This document shows, in pieces, positions 56,282 to 64,000 of a stretch of DNA of 64,000 nucleotides. Numbering within the stretch: position 1 is the stretch's first letter; each line of letters opens with the position of its first letter. A program made the translations under genes and the position numbers. Origin of the DNA: Dehalococcoidia bacterium (lineage in GTDB: Bacteria > Chloroflexota > Dehalococcoidia > GIF9 > UBA5629); contig JBAZEK010000001.1 of assembly GCA_041653995.1 (NCBI GenBank), positions 1,030,613 through 1,094,612 of the forward strand, given 5' to 3'. The notes under the pieces were generated by a model that had not been told where the DNA came from, did not search any database, and saw nothing but the letters and a program-made list of their open reading frames with translations.

Positions 56282-57880
56282 TCACGGGGTTACGCTCACG
56301 GTGACCGTGGCGTTATCAGTCCCGTAGCTGTTGATGGCGGTCAAGGTAAAGCTGGTGGTTTCAGCCGGCGATACAGCCTGCGTGTATTTCGAGGCTGGAA
56401 CGCCGATGCCCTGGTCAATAATGTATAAAGTAGCGCCATTCACATTCCAGGAAAGGTTGGATGTCCCGCCCTGAGAAATGCCGGTAGGCGTGGCCGTGAA
56501 AGATCTTATTATCGGCGCAGTGCCGTCGGTTAAAACGCCTACCGCAACCGTGACTTCCTTCTTTACGGAGCCGAACGTGTTGACCGCGGTCAGCTCATAA
56601 GTGGTGGAAGCGGTCGGTATCACCTTCGTCCAGCCGGAAGACGGTACGCTGCCGACATTCGGGCTGATAGAGACTGTCCTGGCCGCATCGACCGTCCAAT
56701 TGAGTGTCACCTCCTCCCCCAGCATGATCGAATTGTTGCTTACGGAGAAGGTTTTAATCCGGGGCGGGTCTTTGGTCAGCGCCGGACCGGTGCTCAGGCT
56801 GGAAGCATCCACGCTGATAGTGACCGTCCTGGTTACCGAGCCGTAGTCGCTGTCGGCCCTCAATGTATATACTGCGGTCTCGGAGGGCGTTATTCTGACC
56901 GTACCCTTTAAGGCCACGCCGCCGATGCCCGGACTGATATTAATCGATTTCGCGCCGATGATATCCCATGCCAGCGTCGCTTCGTCGCCGGCTTTAATCG
57001 AGGACGGGCTGGCGCTGAAGATCGTGATGATGGGCGTCTTGGATGTGCTTACCTCCAGCGCGGCTGAAGCGGTTGTATTGCCGTTGATATTGGCCGCCGT
57101 CAGCACATAGCGGGTGGTCGCTCCCGGGGAAACGACTTTCGATCCGGTCGAAGATACGGTTCCCACCTCCGGCTGGATGGAAACCGATGTTGCGCCGGAG
57201 ACGTTCCAGGATAAAGTGGACGTCTGCCCCACATAGATACCGCCAGGGCTGGCAACAAAGCTGTTGACCGTCGGCGGCTTGCCGGTGACCTCAACGGTTA
57301 TCTCCCTGCTCACAGAGCCGCCGAAACGGCTATCGGCGGTCAGCTTATAGGTAGTGGTTTCATCCGGCGACATTTTCTTTGTTCCGCTGAAAGACACCGT
57401 CCCTATGCCGGGGCTGATGGAGACGGCGGTTGCCTCGCCGACATCCCACTGTAAAGTCACCTCCTGGCCGGATATAATCGTAGATGAACTGGCCTCGAAA
57501 GCTGTAATAACCGGCGGCGCAAACAGTTTTTCAATATCTCCCTTCAAAGCAACGCCCGTGACGATAAGCGCTGTAACAACAAGCAAGGCAGAGGCTATAG
57601 CAATAGTCTTTGTCCGGTTATCTTTTATCCGCTGCAGCAGTTTCGATACGACGCTATTATTCGGCGGTTGTTCCTGTCCCTGCGAATCCTGACCCGCCCA
57701 TTGATTACCTTCCTGCGACTGATACCATTGCTGCTGCTGATCATGCCGGGAATCGTATGACTGGGACTGGCCCTGCGTCTGGGATCCCTGCCAGTTGAGG
57801 ACGGTTTTGCAGTATGAGCACTGCGCCTGTCCGTAGACGACAGGTGTGTTGCAGTAGGGGCAGTAATACATTTGCTGCAT
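56282..57880 (-). CDS. zinc-ribbon / Gln-rich / TM / 5x Ig-like repeat surface protein
   Basis: 'MQQMYYCPYCNTPVVYGQAQCSYCKTVLNW', TM 'IAIASALLVVTALIVTGVAL', and five ~80-aa repeats with core 'TLSWNVSGATSVSI.P..G.V...G...V.P..TT.Y.LTA'. Confidence 0.85.
   Translation of the reverse strand: MQQMYYCPYCNTPVVYGQAQCSYCKTVLNWQGSQTQGQSQSYDSRHDQQQQWYQSQEGNQWAGQDSQGQEQPPNNSVVSKLLQRIKDNRTKTIAIASALLVVTALIVTGVALKGDIEKLFAPPVITAFEASSSTIISGQEVTLQWDVGEATAVSISPGIGTVSFSGTKKMSPDETTTYKLTADSRFGGSVSREITVEVTGKPPTVNSFVASPGGIYVGQTSTLSWNVSGATSVSIQPEVGTVSSTGSKVVSPGATTRYVLTAANINGNTTASAALEVSTSKTPIITIFSASPSSIKAGDEATLAWDIIGAKSINISPGIGGVALKGTVRITPSETAVYTLRADSDYGSVTRTVTISVDASSLSTGPALTKDPPRIKTFSVSNNSIMLGEEVTLNWTVDAARTVSISPNVGSVPSSGWTKVIPTASTTYELTAVNTFGSVKKEVTVAVGVLTDGTAPIIRSFTATPTGISQGGTSNLSWNVNGATLYIIDQGIGVPASKYTQAVSPAETTSFTLTAINSYGTDNATVTVSVTP
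56285..57517. repeat. five tandem ~240-nt coding repeats (Ig-like domain)
   Basis: Periodic protein motif as described for the CDS. Confidence 0.8.
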
Positions 57881-58106
57881 GATATATTTTTACTTCCGTC
57901 ACAGAGGTAAGTCAAGCTGTATAAATAGTCCGGTGTGCCGGGATTGTTCGATCTTCTCCCTGTGGTTGACGAAGCTTAGCATAATGCATAGTCCGGGCCG
58001 GGTCAACTCATTCTCAGATAAGGACGCCATTGCTTTCGTGCCCTTAATAAATCCTTTATAATTTGCACATAAACTATTACATATATGACAAAAGTGAAGA
58101 TTTGTT

Positions 58107-60068
58107 ATGCAGCAAATGTACTCTTGTCCAAACTGTAGAGCGCTTATTCAGTATGGACAGCCGTATTGCAGCAACTGCGGTATGACCTTTAATTGGCCTC
58201 CTCCACAACCGCCTCCTTACCCATACCCCAACCAGCAATATATGTACGGCAATCAGGGGGCTATGCCGCCCGGGAAAAGCTCGATGGGCGGTTTTGTCTG
58301 GTTTATTGTGATATTGCTGATCGTCGGCGGAGCGATCGGCGGCTTCTATTACGCTACGAACGGAGATGTCTTGAAATGGTTCACCCCACCCTCCGTAACA
58401 TCCTTCGACGCCAGTCCCAAGTCCATCACGTCGGGAGGGACGGCAACATTAAACTGGGCCGTCATGGGGGCTCAATCGGTCTCCATCAGCCCCGACATCG
58501 GGACCGTGTCATCCAGCGGTTCGCAGGCTGTGAATCCTGATAAAACGACCGAGTACACACTGACCGCCTCCAATTTATCCGGCTCCTCCCGCGCCTGGGC
58601 CACCGTTACAGTTACAGCTCCGAGCAAGCCGGCCATCAGCAGCTTCAGTTCCAATCCGGGCACTATCACCGCCGGGCAGTCGGCCACATTATCATGGAAT
58701 GTTACGGGGGCAACCTCGGTTTCCATCAGTCCCGCTGTCGGCAACGTATCATCGAGCGGCTCAAAGACAGTGACACCCACCGAGACAACCAGCTACACGA
58801 TCACCGCCGTCAACGACGCCGGCTCGTCTACAACAACAGCCAAAGTTACGGTGAATCCGTCCGGACCACCGACGATCGCCAGTTTTACAGCCAGCCCGGC
58901 CTCTATCACCTCAGGCGGGAGTTCGACGCTGTCCTGGACCGTCAGCGGCGCAACCTCTGTTACCATTAACCAGGGTGTGGGCACAGTATCGACTTCCGGA
59001 ACCAGGTCGGTATCGCCCTCCACCACAACCACCTACACCCTTACAGCCGGCAACAGCCTGGGCAGCTCCACCGCGACGGCCGCTGTCACGGTCACGGCGG
59101 CAGGCATACCCGTCATAACCATATTCACCGCCAGCCCGTCGCCGATTACCGCAGGGGACAATATGACACTGTCGTGGACCGTAACGGGGGCGACAACGAT
59201 CAATATCTTGCCAGGTGTCGGAACAGTATCGGCAACAGGAACGCGCACTCTGATCCCCGCTGCGACCACCACCTATACGCTAACCGCCACCAACACTAAC
59301 GGCCCGGCGACCGCGACAGCGACGGTGACGGTGGCTTCGGAAGGCCCACCGGTAATCAGCTCGTTTTACCCATCTCCCGTCACCGTTACCTCCGGATCGT
59401 CTTCGACACTGCACTGGACTGTTGCGGATGCGACGGAGGTATCCATTACCCCCGGCATCGGCGTCGTATCTGCCACCGGATTAGAGACGGTAACGCCTTT
59501 ATCCACAACCACCTATGTATTAACCGCCTTTAACAGCCACGGCACAATCACGGCGACGACCGCTGTCACAGTGGCCCCGGCAGGCTATCCCGCGATCAGC
59601 TTCTTCAATGCCGTCCCGGCCTCGGTCGCGTCGGGACAATCGACAACGTTATCATGGACCGTCACTGGGGCGAGCACGGTCTCCATCAACCAGGGCATAG
59701 GCGCCGTTTCGGCCTCGGGTTCCAGGACAATAACTCCCGCCGCCACCACCACATACACAATTACCGCAACCAACGGCTCCGGCTCTGTTGCTGCTTCAGC
59801 TACGGTAACCGTAACGACAACCTCAGGTACGCCTCCGGTAATAGATTCTTTCGGAGCTTCGCCCACTACCATCTCGCCCGGAGGATCATCGCTGCTGAAC
59901 TGGTCCATAACGGGAGCAACTTCCATCTCAATCGAACCCGATATAGGCGAGCCATCATCGTGGGGCTATCAGGACGTATATCCCACGGAGACCACGACTT
60001 ATACCCTGACCGCCTTCAACAGCGCGGGTTCGGATACAGCCACAGTGACCGTGACGGTAACTCCCTGA
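58107..60068 (+). CDS. zinc-ribbon / Pro-rich / TM / 7x Ig-like repeat surface protein
   Basis: 'MQQMYSCPNCRALIQYGQPYCSNCGMTFNW', TM 'FVWFIVILLIVGGAIGGFYY', and seven 80-aa repeats of the same family. Confidence 0.85.
   Translation: MQQMYSCPNCRALIQYGQPYCSNCGMTFNWPPPQPPPYPYPNQQYMYGNQGAMPPGKSSMGGFVWFIVILLIVGGAIGGFYYATNGDVLKWFTPPSVTSFDASPKSITSGGTATLNWAVMGAQSVSISPDIGTVSSSGSQAVNPDKTTEYTLTASNLSGSSRAWATVTVTAPSKPAISSFSSNPGTITAGQSATLSWNVTGATSVSISPAVGNVSSSGSKTVTPTETTSYTITAVNDAGSSTTTAKVTVNPSGPPTIASFTASPASITSGGSSTLSWTVSGATSVTINQGVGTVSTSGTRSVSPSTTTTYTLTAGNSLGSSTATAAVTVTAAGIPVITIFTASPSPITAGDNMTLSWTVTGATTINILPGVGTVSATGTRTLIPAATTTYTLTATNTNGPATATATVTVASEGPPVISSFYPSPVTVTSGSSSTLHWTVADATEVSITPGIGVVSATGLETVTPLSTTTYVLTAFNSHGTITATTAVTVAPAGYPAISFFNAVPASVASGQSTTLSWTVTGASTVSINQGIGAVSASGSRTITPAATTTYTITATNGSGSVAASATVTVTTTSGTPPVIDSFGASPTTISPGGSSLLNWSITGATSISIEPDIGEPSSWGYQDVYPTETTTYTLTAFNSAGSDTATVTVTVTP
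58386..60065. repeat. seven tandem 240-nt coding repeats (Ig-like domain)
   Basis: 560 aa / 7 = 80-aa period. Each unit contains 'S.L.W.V.GA..V.I..G.G.VS..G...V.P...TTY.LTA.N'. Confidence 0.85.
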
Positions 60069-60379
60069 CGTTTTGAACCTGCAATACGTTTGCGTTCAAC
60101 TAAAAACCGGTATAGCTATAGCGAACCAATCATTACAGGGAATCGCTATAATCCGGTGCACTTATACAGCGATGGAACCCGGCAATAACCGGATGCTACT
60201 TCTTCTTGGCTGTGCCCTTTTTAGCTTTGGTCGGCTTACCCTTTGTCTTCGGCGGATTGTGAGCAGCGCACGTCTTGCACATAATATCCTCCTCGCCTTG
60301 AAGCTGTCTCCTTACTTCCGATAATAGTTATTCCGTTTAAAGCTGTCAAATTAAAAGGCATACATACTTAAAAGGTCGA

Positions 60380-61465
60380 TCAAGGGGTGCATGTGATGGT
60401 AAAACTCGCCTGGTTCGACATCATCGGCAACGGGGTAAGGATGCTCACCCTTTCCCAGTACGTGACATTGGAGGCCACATAGATCATCCAGCTCGTTGAT
60501 ACGGTCTTGGTGCCGGCCGCGCTGAAGACGAGGGTCTCCACCGGGCCTGTCGCGCCGTCGATACGCTCCCATCTATATGTTACCGTGCAGGGCCCGTCGA
60601 CAGTGATATCAGCGGACGTGGTAACAGTTTTCGGGCACGGGCCGGTATAGTTGGACGGATTTGCCGTAGCTACAGCGCTTGTCACCTTGGGAGGACCCGA
60701 CCAGCCGCCTCCACCGGGCGGAGTTGCGGGAGGCGGTGTTATCGGTACCGGCGTCCCTACCACAAATGTTCCGACCTGGACTGTTTTTGTAGCTGTCCCA
60801 CCACAGCCGGTGGCTGTCAGTACATAGGTTGTAGAAGTTGTCGGATAAACCACGCGTGAGCCCGGTGACCCCACTTCACCGAAGCCGCCGGGTGAAAGAA
60901 CAACAGAATTCACCAGTTCCCCCGACGTTCCGTTGGTTACCGGACCCCATTCCAGTGTAACCGCCTTGCCGGATTCAACAAAACCGGGATTCGCCTCAAA
61001 ATGGGAAAAAATAGGTGCTCCGGGACATCCGGCGGGCGAGGGTTGCTGCGGTTGGCCCGGTTGCGATGGCTGTTGCGGCTGGCCCGGTTGCGACGGTTGC
61101 TGCGGCGTCCCTGTTCCTGCCACTTCAACCATAACCTCGCGTCTGAGCACAGTGCTGCCTATATCTATCATAAGAGCATAGACGGTGGATTCGGACGGGC
61201 ATACCTGCTTCTGGCCGGAGGCATTCACCGGTTGGCCTTGCAGTTCCACTCCAAAGAAACCTTCGCCCTGAATACTCCAGTTCAGATTAACGCATTCTCC
61301 CGGCTGAATAGTGTTTCTGTCCGTTGTGAAAACTATTTGCGGTTCCCCGGGGGGCTGAGCGCCCTGCGGCGTGCCCGGAGCAACTTCACTTCCTCCCCGG
61401 CATGTGCAGCTGACAGTGGCCAGCATGATCGCAATAAGCACTACAGCAAATACACTTCTACACAT
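60380..61465 (-). CDS. lipoprotein with two Ig-like domains of the same family, PQQPSQPGQ linker and distinct C-terminal domain
   Basis: Signal 'VVLIAIMLATVSCTC'. 'VNLNWSIQGEGFFGVEL...STVYALM' and 'VTLEWGPV...TSTTYVLTA'. Confidence 0.75.
   Translation of the reverse strand: MCRSVFAVVLIAIMLATVSCTCRGGSEVAPGTPQGAQPPGEPQIVFTTDRNTIQPGECVNLNWSIQGEGFFGVELQGQPVNASGQKQVCPSESTVYALMIDIGSTVLRREVMVEVAGTGTPQQPSQPGQPQQPSQPGQPQQPSPAGCPGAPIFSHFEANPGFVESGKAVTLEWGPVTNGTSGELVNSVVLSPGGFGEVGSPGSRVVYPTTSTTYVLTATGCGGTATKTVQVGTFVVGTPVPITPPPATPPGGGGWSGPPKVTSAVATANPSNYTGPCPKTVTTSADITVDGPCTVTYRWERIDGATGPVETLVFSAAGTKTVSTSWMIYVASNVTYWERVSILTPLPMMSNQASFTITCTP
61041..61105. repeat. 27-nt tandem repeat (2.4 copies) encoding PQQPSQPGQ
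   Basis: 'ggttgctgcggttggcccggttgcgat' / 'ggctgttgcggctggcccggttgcgac' / 'ggttgctgcgg'. Confidence 0.85.
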
Positions 61466-61683
61466 TTCAAAACCTCCTCAGTATCATAGCAGTGTGCTGA
61501 GTCCCGACAATACAAACCCGTTAAGGACATATTAAAAGAAATCCCTGGAATCGGCAATCAAGACGATGGTCCCGGCTGATAGAACGTATGATCGGCCTGC
61601 TGACCGCCGGGATTGATTAATGCCGGAGGCAAGATCCCGTTATTGACACCGGGACACATCAGAATCTACAATACTTATCTGAA

Positions 61684-62109
61684 ATGCCGATTGCTTCTTA
61701 TACGCATACCATTGCCACTGTGCTGGGCTTTATTTGCGCGATAGTCTGCGCCGCCCTCATGCTGAACTTGAAGACGGATGAGCAGAGGCTTAAAAGGGCG
61801 CGCATCGCACGTCGCATAGCGCCTGTAACCTGGGTCGCCTTTATCGCGCTTATTATCAGCGGAATCTTTCTGGCCCTGGACAAGAATGACCTCAATGTCT
61901 ATGTATTGGGAGCGAAGCACCTGCTGGTGTTAATACTGCTGGTCGACGCCCTGCTGATTCACTTCCGCTATTTCCCGCGATTTTTCAAACAGATCGGATC
62001 ACCCGAGTTCGCTAAAACATACACGGTGATGCGCCGCATCGGCGCACTGTCCGTTTCCTGCTGGATCATCATCCTTGTGCTTTCGGTCCTGCTTGACCGT
62101 TTGACTTAG
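61684..62109 (+). CDS. integral membrane protein (4 TM), function unknown
   Basis: 141-aa hydrophobic ORF. Confidence 0.5.
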   Translation: MPIASYTHTIATVLGFICAIVCAALMLNLKTDEQRLKRARIARRIAPVTWVAFIALIISGIFLALDKNDLNVYVLGAKHLLVLILLVDALLIHFRYFPRFFKQIGSPEFAKTYTVMRRIGALSVSCWIIILVLSVLLDRLT

Positions 62110-62151
62110 GCTCTTGTTCCCATTTCCTGCGCAAAGACTATAATATCAGCT

Positions 62152-62439
62152 ATGAAAGGCGCCTGGTACGTTTATATAGTCGAGTGCAGTGAGGGTACCC
62201 TTTACACAGGCATCACTAACAATATTGATAAGCGTATAAGGGATCACAATGCAGGGATCGGTTCCAGGTACACCAAAGGGAGGAGGCCTGTTAAATTGCT
62301 CGGGAAGTGGGATTGTGCCGACAAATCACATGCAGCTAAAATGGAGTATAAAATAAAGCGCCTTTCCAGATCAGATAAACTGAGGGCAATCATGGGAATG
62401 GTAAAATCAAAAGGAGAAGGGGAACTTGATCAACGTTAA
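62152..62439 (+). CDS. GIY-YIG nuclease-family protein (UPF0213-like)
   Basis: 'WYVYIVECSEGTLYTGITNNIDKRIRDHN'. Confidence 0.8.
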   Translation: MKGAWYVYIVECSEGTLYTGITNNIDKRIRDHNAGIGSRYTKGRRPVKLLGKWDCADKSHAAKMEYKIKRLSRSDKLRAIMGMVKSKGEGELDQR

Positions 62440-63448
62440 GACTGTTCTGTGTATTATATTGGCTGGATTGGCAACCATTTTATGCGGTTGCATTCCTGCG
62501 GTGGTGGTATCCGATATCCCGGCCCGCAACTGGGTAATGAGCGTCGTGACCAACGAAAACTCAGCCTGGACCAGAGGAGCGCAGCTGTTCGCCGACCTGG
62601 TCAAACAACGCAGCGGCGGCCGGATTCAGATAACAGTTCATCCCGATGCCGGGCTGGCGGGCGGCAACCAGGTGAACGAACTGACCATGCTGCGGGACGG
62701 CAACATTAATTTCACCTATCACTCCAATTTGCTTTATTCCAATCTCGACCAATCGTTCGCGGCCATTTCCATGCCGTGGTTGTTCACGGACTATGCGCAG
62801 GTCGATGCGGCGCTGTCAGGTGCGGCCGGCAGCGAGCTGTTGAAGGAGACGGAAGCCTACGGCATAGTCGGCCTGGCCTACGGCGAGAACGGTTTTCGCC
62901 AGTTGACCAACAGCAAGCTCGCGGTACGTGGACCCGACGACATGCACGGTTTGAAGATCCGTATCCCCGATGTAGGGCTATATAACTCGATTTACACAGA
63001 ACTGGGCGCCACCCCCATAATAATGAACTTCCCCGAGGTTACCGGCGCACTCAAGCAGGGACAAATCGACGGCCAGGAGAATCCCGTGGACATTATTGTG
63101 TCCTCCCGGCTCTACGAGGTACAGAACCATATTACCGTCTGGAACTACTCCTACGACGCCCTTATCCTGGGAATGAACAAGAAGGACTGGGACGGTTTAC
63201 CCGCCGCTGCACAGAATATTATCAGGCAGGCGGCAATCGAAGCTTCACAGGAACAGGTAAAGCTGTCTCGCGATGCCGCCCGGACGAAGTTGAGCCTGTT
63301 GCGTGATAAGGGCATGGCTGTAACCGAACTGACACCGGACCAGGTTAAAGCATTTCGGACTGCGACAGAACCGGTATATGCGGAATGGTCGGGTAAGATC
63401 GAACCCCATATTCAAAAGTTATGGGAGATCAGGAGCCTGTCCCAGTAG
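62426..63448 (+). CDS. TRAP-transporter solute-binding protein (DctP family), lipoprotein
   Basis: Signal 'CIILAGLATILCGC'. Overall DctP-like pattern ('ISMPWLF', 'GLKIRIP', 'GQIDGQENP'). No adjacent DctQ/M genes. Confidence 0.75.
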   Translation: MINVKTVLCIILAGLATILCGCIPAVVVSDIPARNWVMSVVTNENSAWTRGAQLFADLVKQRSGGRIQITVHPDAGLAGGNQVNELTMLRDGNINFTYHSNLLYSNLDQSFAAISMPWLFTDYAQVDAALSGAAGSELLKETEAYGIVGLAYGENGFRQLTNSKLAVRGPDDMHGLKIRIPDVGLYNSIYTELGATPIIMNFPEVTGALKQGQIDGQENPVDIIVSSRLYEVQNHITVWNYSYDALILGMNKKDWDGLPAAAQNIIRQAAIEASQEQVKLSRDAARTKLSLLRDKGMAVTELTPDQVKAFRTATEPVYAEWSGKIEPHIQKLWEIRSLSQ

Positions 63449-63612
63449 CCGCAAGCTACACGGATCGTTTCAACGCTATCATATGGCAGCCATCTGCCGG
63501 CACTATCTGATATTGACCGATATTAATCAGACTTATACAATGTAACTTAACGAACACTTACTTTTTCCACTATCAATAAACGCAGATCAGTCTTGCAATA
63601 TAGGAGGCAGCA

Positions 63613-64000
63613 GTGAAAAAAAACATAGCATCTCAGATATTGGTGGCGATTCTTACTCTGGCTTTATTGTTTGTATCTGCGCCCGTCGTCGCTGATTCCG
63701 GTCTCACCAGCGGGTTTGTAAAAATCAAGGACTGGGATGAGACACATGAAGCCTTCAGTTTTTCATCGGGACAAGTTGCCTGGGGCAGCGGCGACTTCTT
63801 TATTTCACCCAGAGGGATCCATGTTTTTGAATCTCCCGGCATCATCGATATGGGTTTGGTATATCTTGACGATGTAGGCGAGGCGCCGGCAGCGGGATAT
63901 GTGGAGATGGCTGCGCCGGTTGATGGTCATACATATGTTGTGCGCTCCAATGGAAAGTACGGTAAATTCTATCTCGAGGAGACCTATGATTGGCTGACCC
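63613..64000 (+). CDS. secreted protein, 5' partial (continues past window end)
   Basis: GTG after AGGAGG. Signal 'ILVAILTLALLFVSAPVVADS'. The frame is open to base 64000. Not in the track because no stop is reached. Confidence 0.5.
   Translation, partial: MKKNIASQILVAILTLALLFVSAPVVADSGLTSGFVKIKDWDETHEAFSFSSGQVAWGSGDFFISPRGIHVFESPGIIDMGLVYLDDVGEAPAAGYVEMAAPVDGHTYVVRSNGKYGKFYLEETYDWLT

Noticed and set aside
56285-60065. Regularly spaced ~240-nt repeats, considered as a possible CRISPR-like or satellite array.
   Set aside because: The period is far too long, the repeats are diverged at the DNA level, and they lie in frame within two long ORFs. They are coding domain repeats, not a CRISPR array.

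Overview
GC-rich bacterial chromosomal window: SD-led genes, ECF sigma factor, HtrA, KatG, RsgA, MazEF modules. The taxon cannot be verified here, though the surface-protein families look Chloroflexota-like. Ordinary housekeeping and accessory genes occupy about 0-31 kb and 43-64 kb. Between them is a visibly AT-rich element of about 12 kb (hand count 21/60 GC in line 36721-36780 versus 36/60 in line 12481-12540). It is inserted in the 3' half of tRNA-Val(UAC), the last gene of a four-tRNA array, and is bounded by a perfect 51-bp direct repeat (31092-31142 and 43144-43194). Most notable observation: the element's tyrosine-recombinase ORF appears to be split by its own att site. A start-less 254-aa Int-C lies at the right end. 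An ATG-initiated 78-aa HTH ORF at the left end reads through the att copy in the same codon phase, so an excised circle would carry one continuous 336-codon int downstream of an xis-like gene. This is an SSV-type arrangement. The element also encodes a Cro-like HTH, an HUH rolling-circle Rep with a candidate origin hairpin, and a stand-alone Cas4-like nuclease. Its cassette-like cargo has four exported thioredoxin-fold modules fused to a beta-propeller or Fn3-like domains, a zinc-ribbon protein, an RxxxxH (HEPN-like) protein, and several internal repeat families, including duplicated promoter plus signal-peptide units. Host regions of interest: (1) a family of zinc-ribbon / low-complexity / single-TM / extracellular-domain proteins, including a divergent pair with 5 and 7 tandem ~80-aa Ig-like repeats; (2) a lipoprotein with a ~105-aa Trp/Cys repeat; (3) an ArsR-DsrE-TusA-HdrE/D-like operon with a consensus promoter; (4) a toxin-antitoxin cassette bracketed by a 24-nt direct repeat; (5) a STAS-fusion protein; (6) two REP-like palindromic elements. 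No CRISPR array, rRNA or reverse transcriptase was seen. All family assignments come from motif recognition by eye, not from searches.
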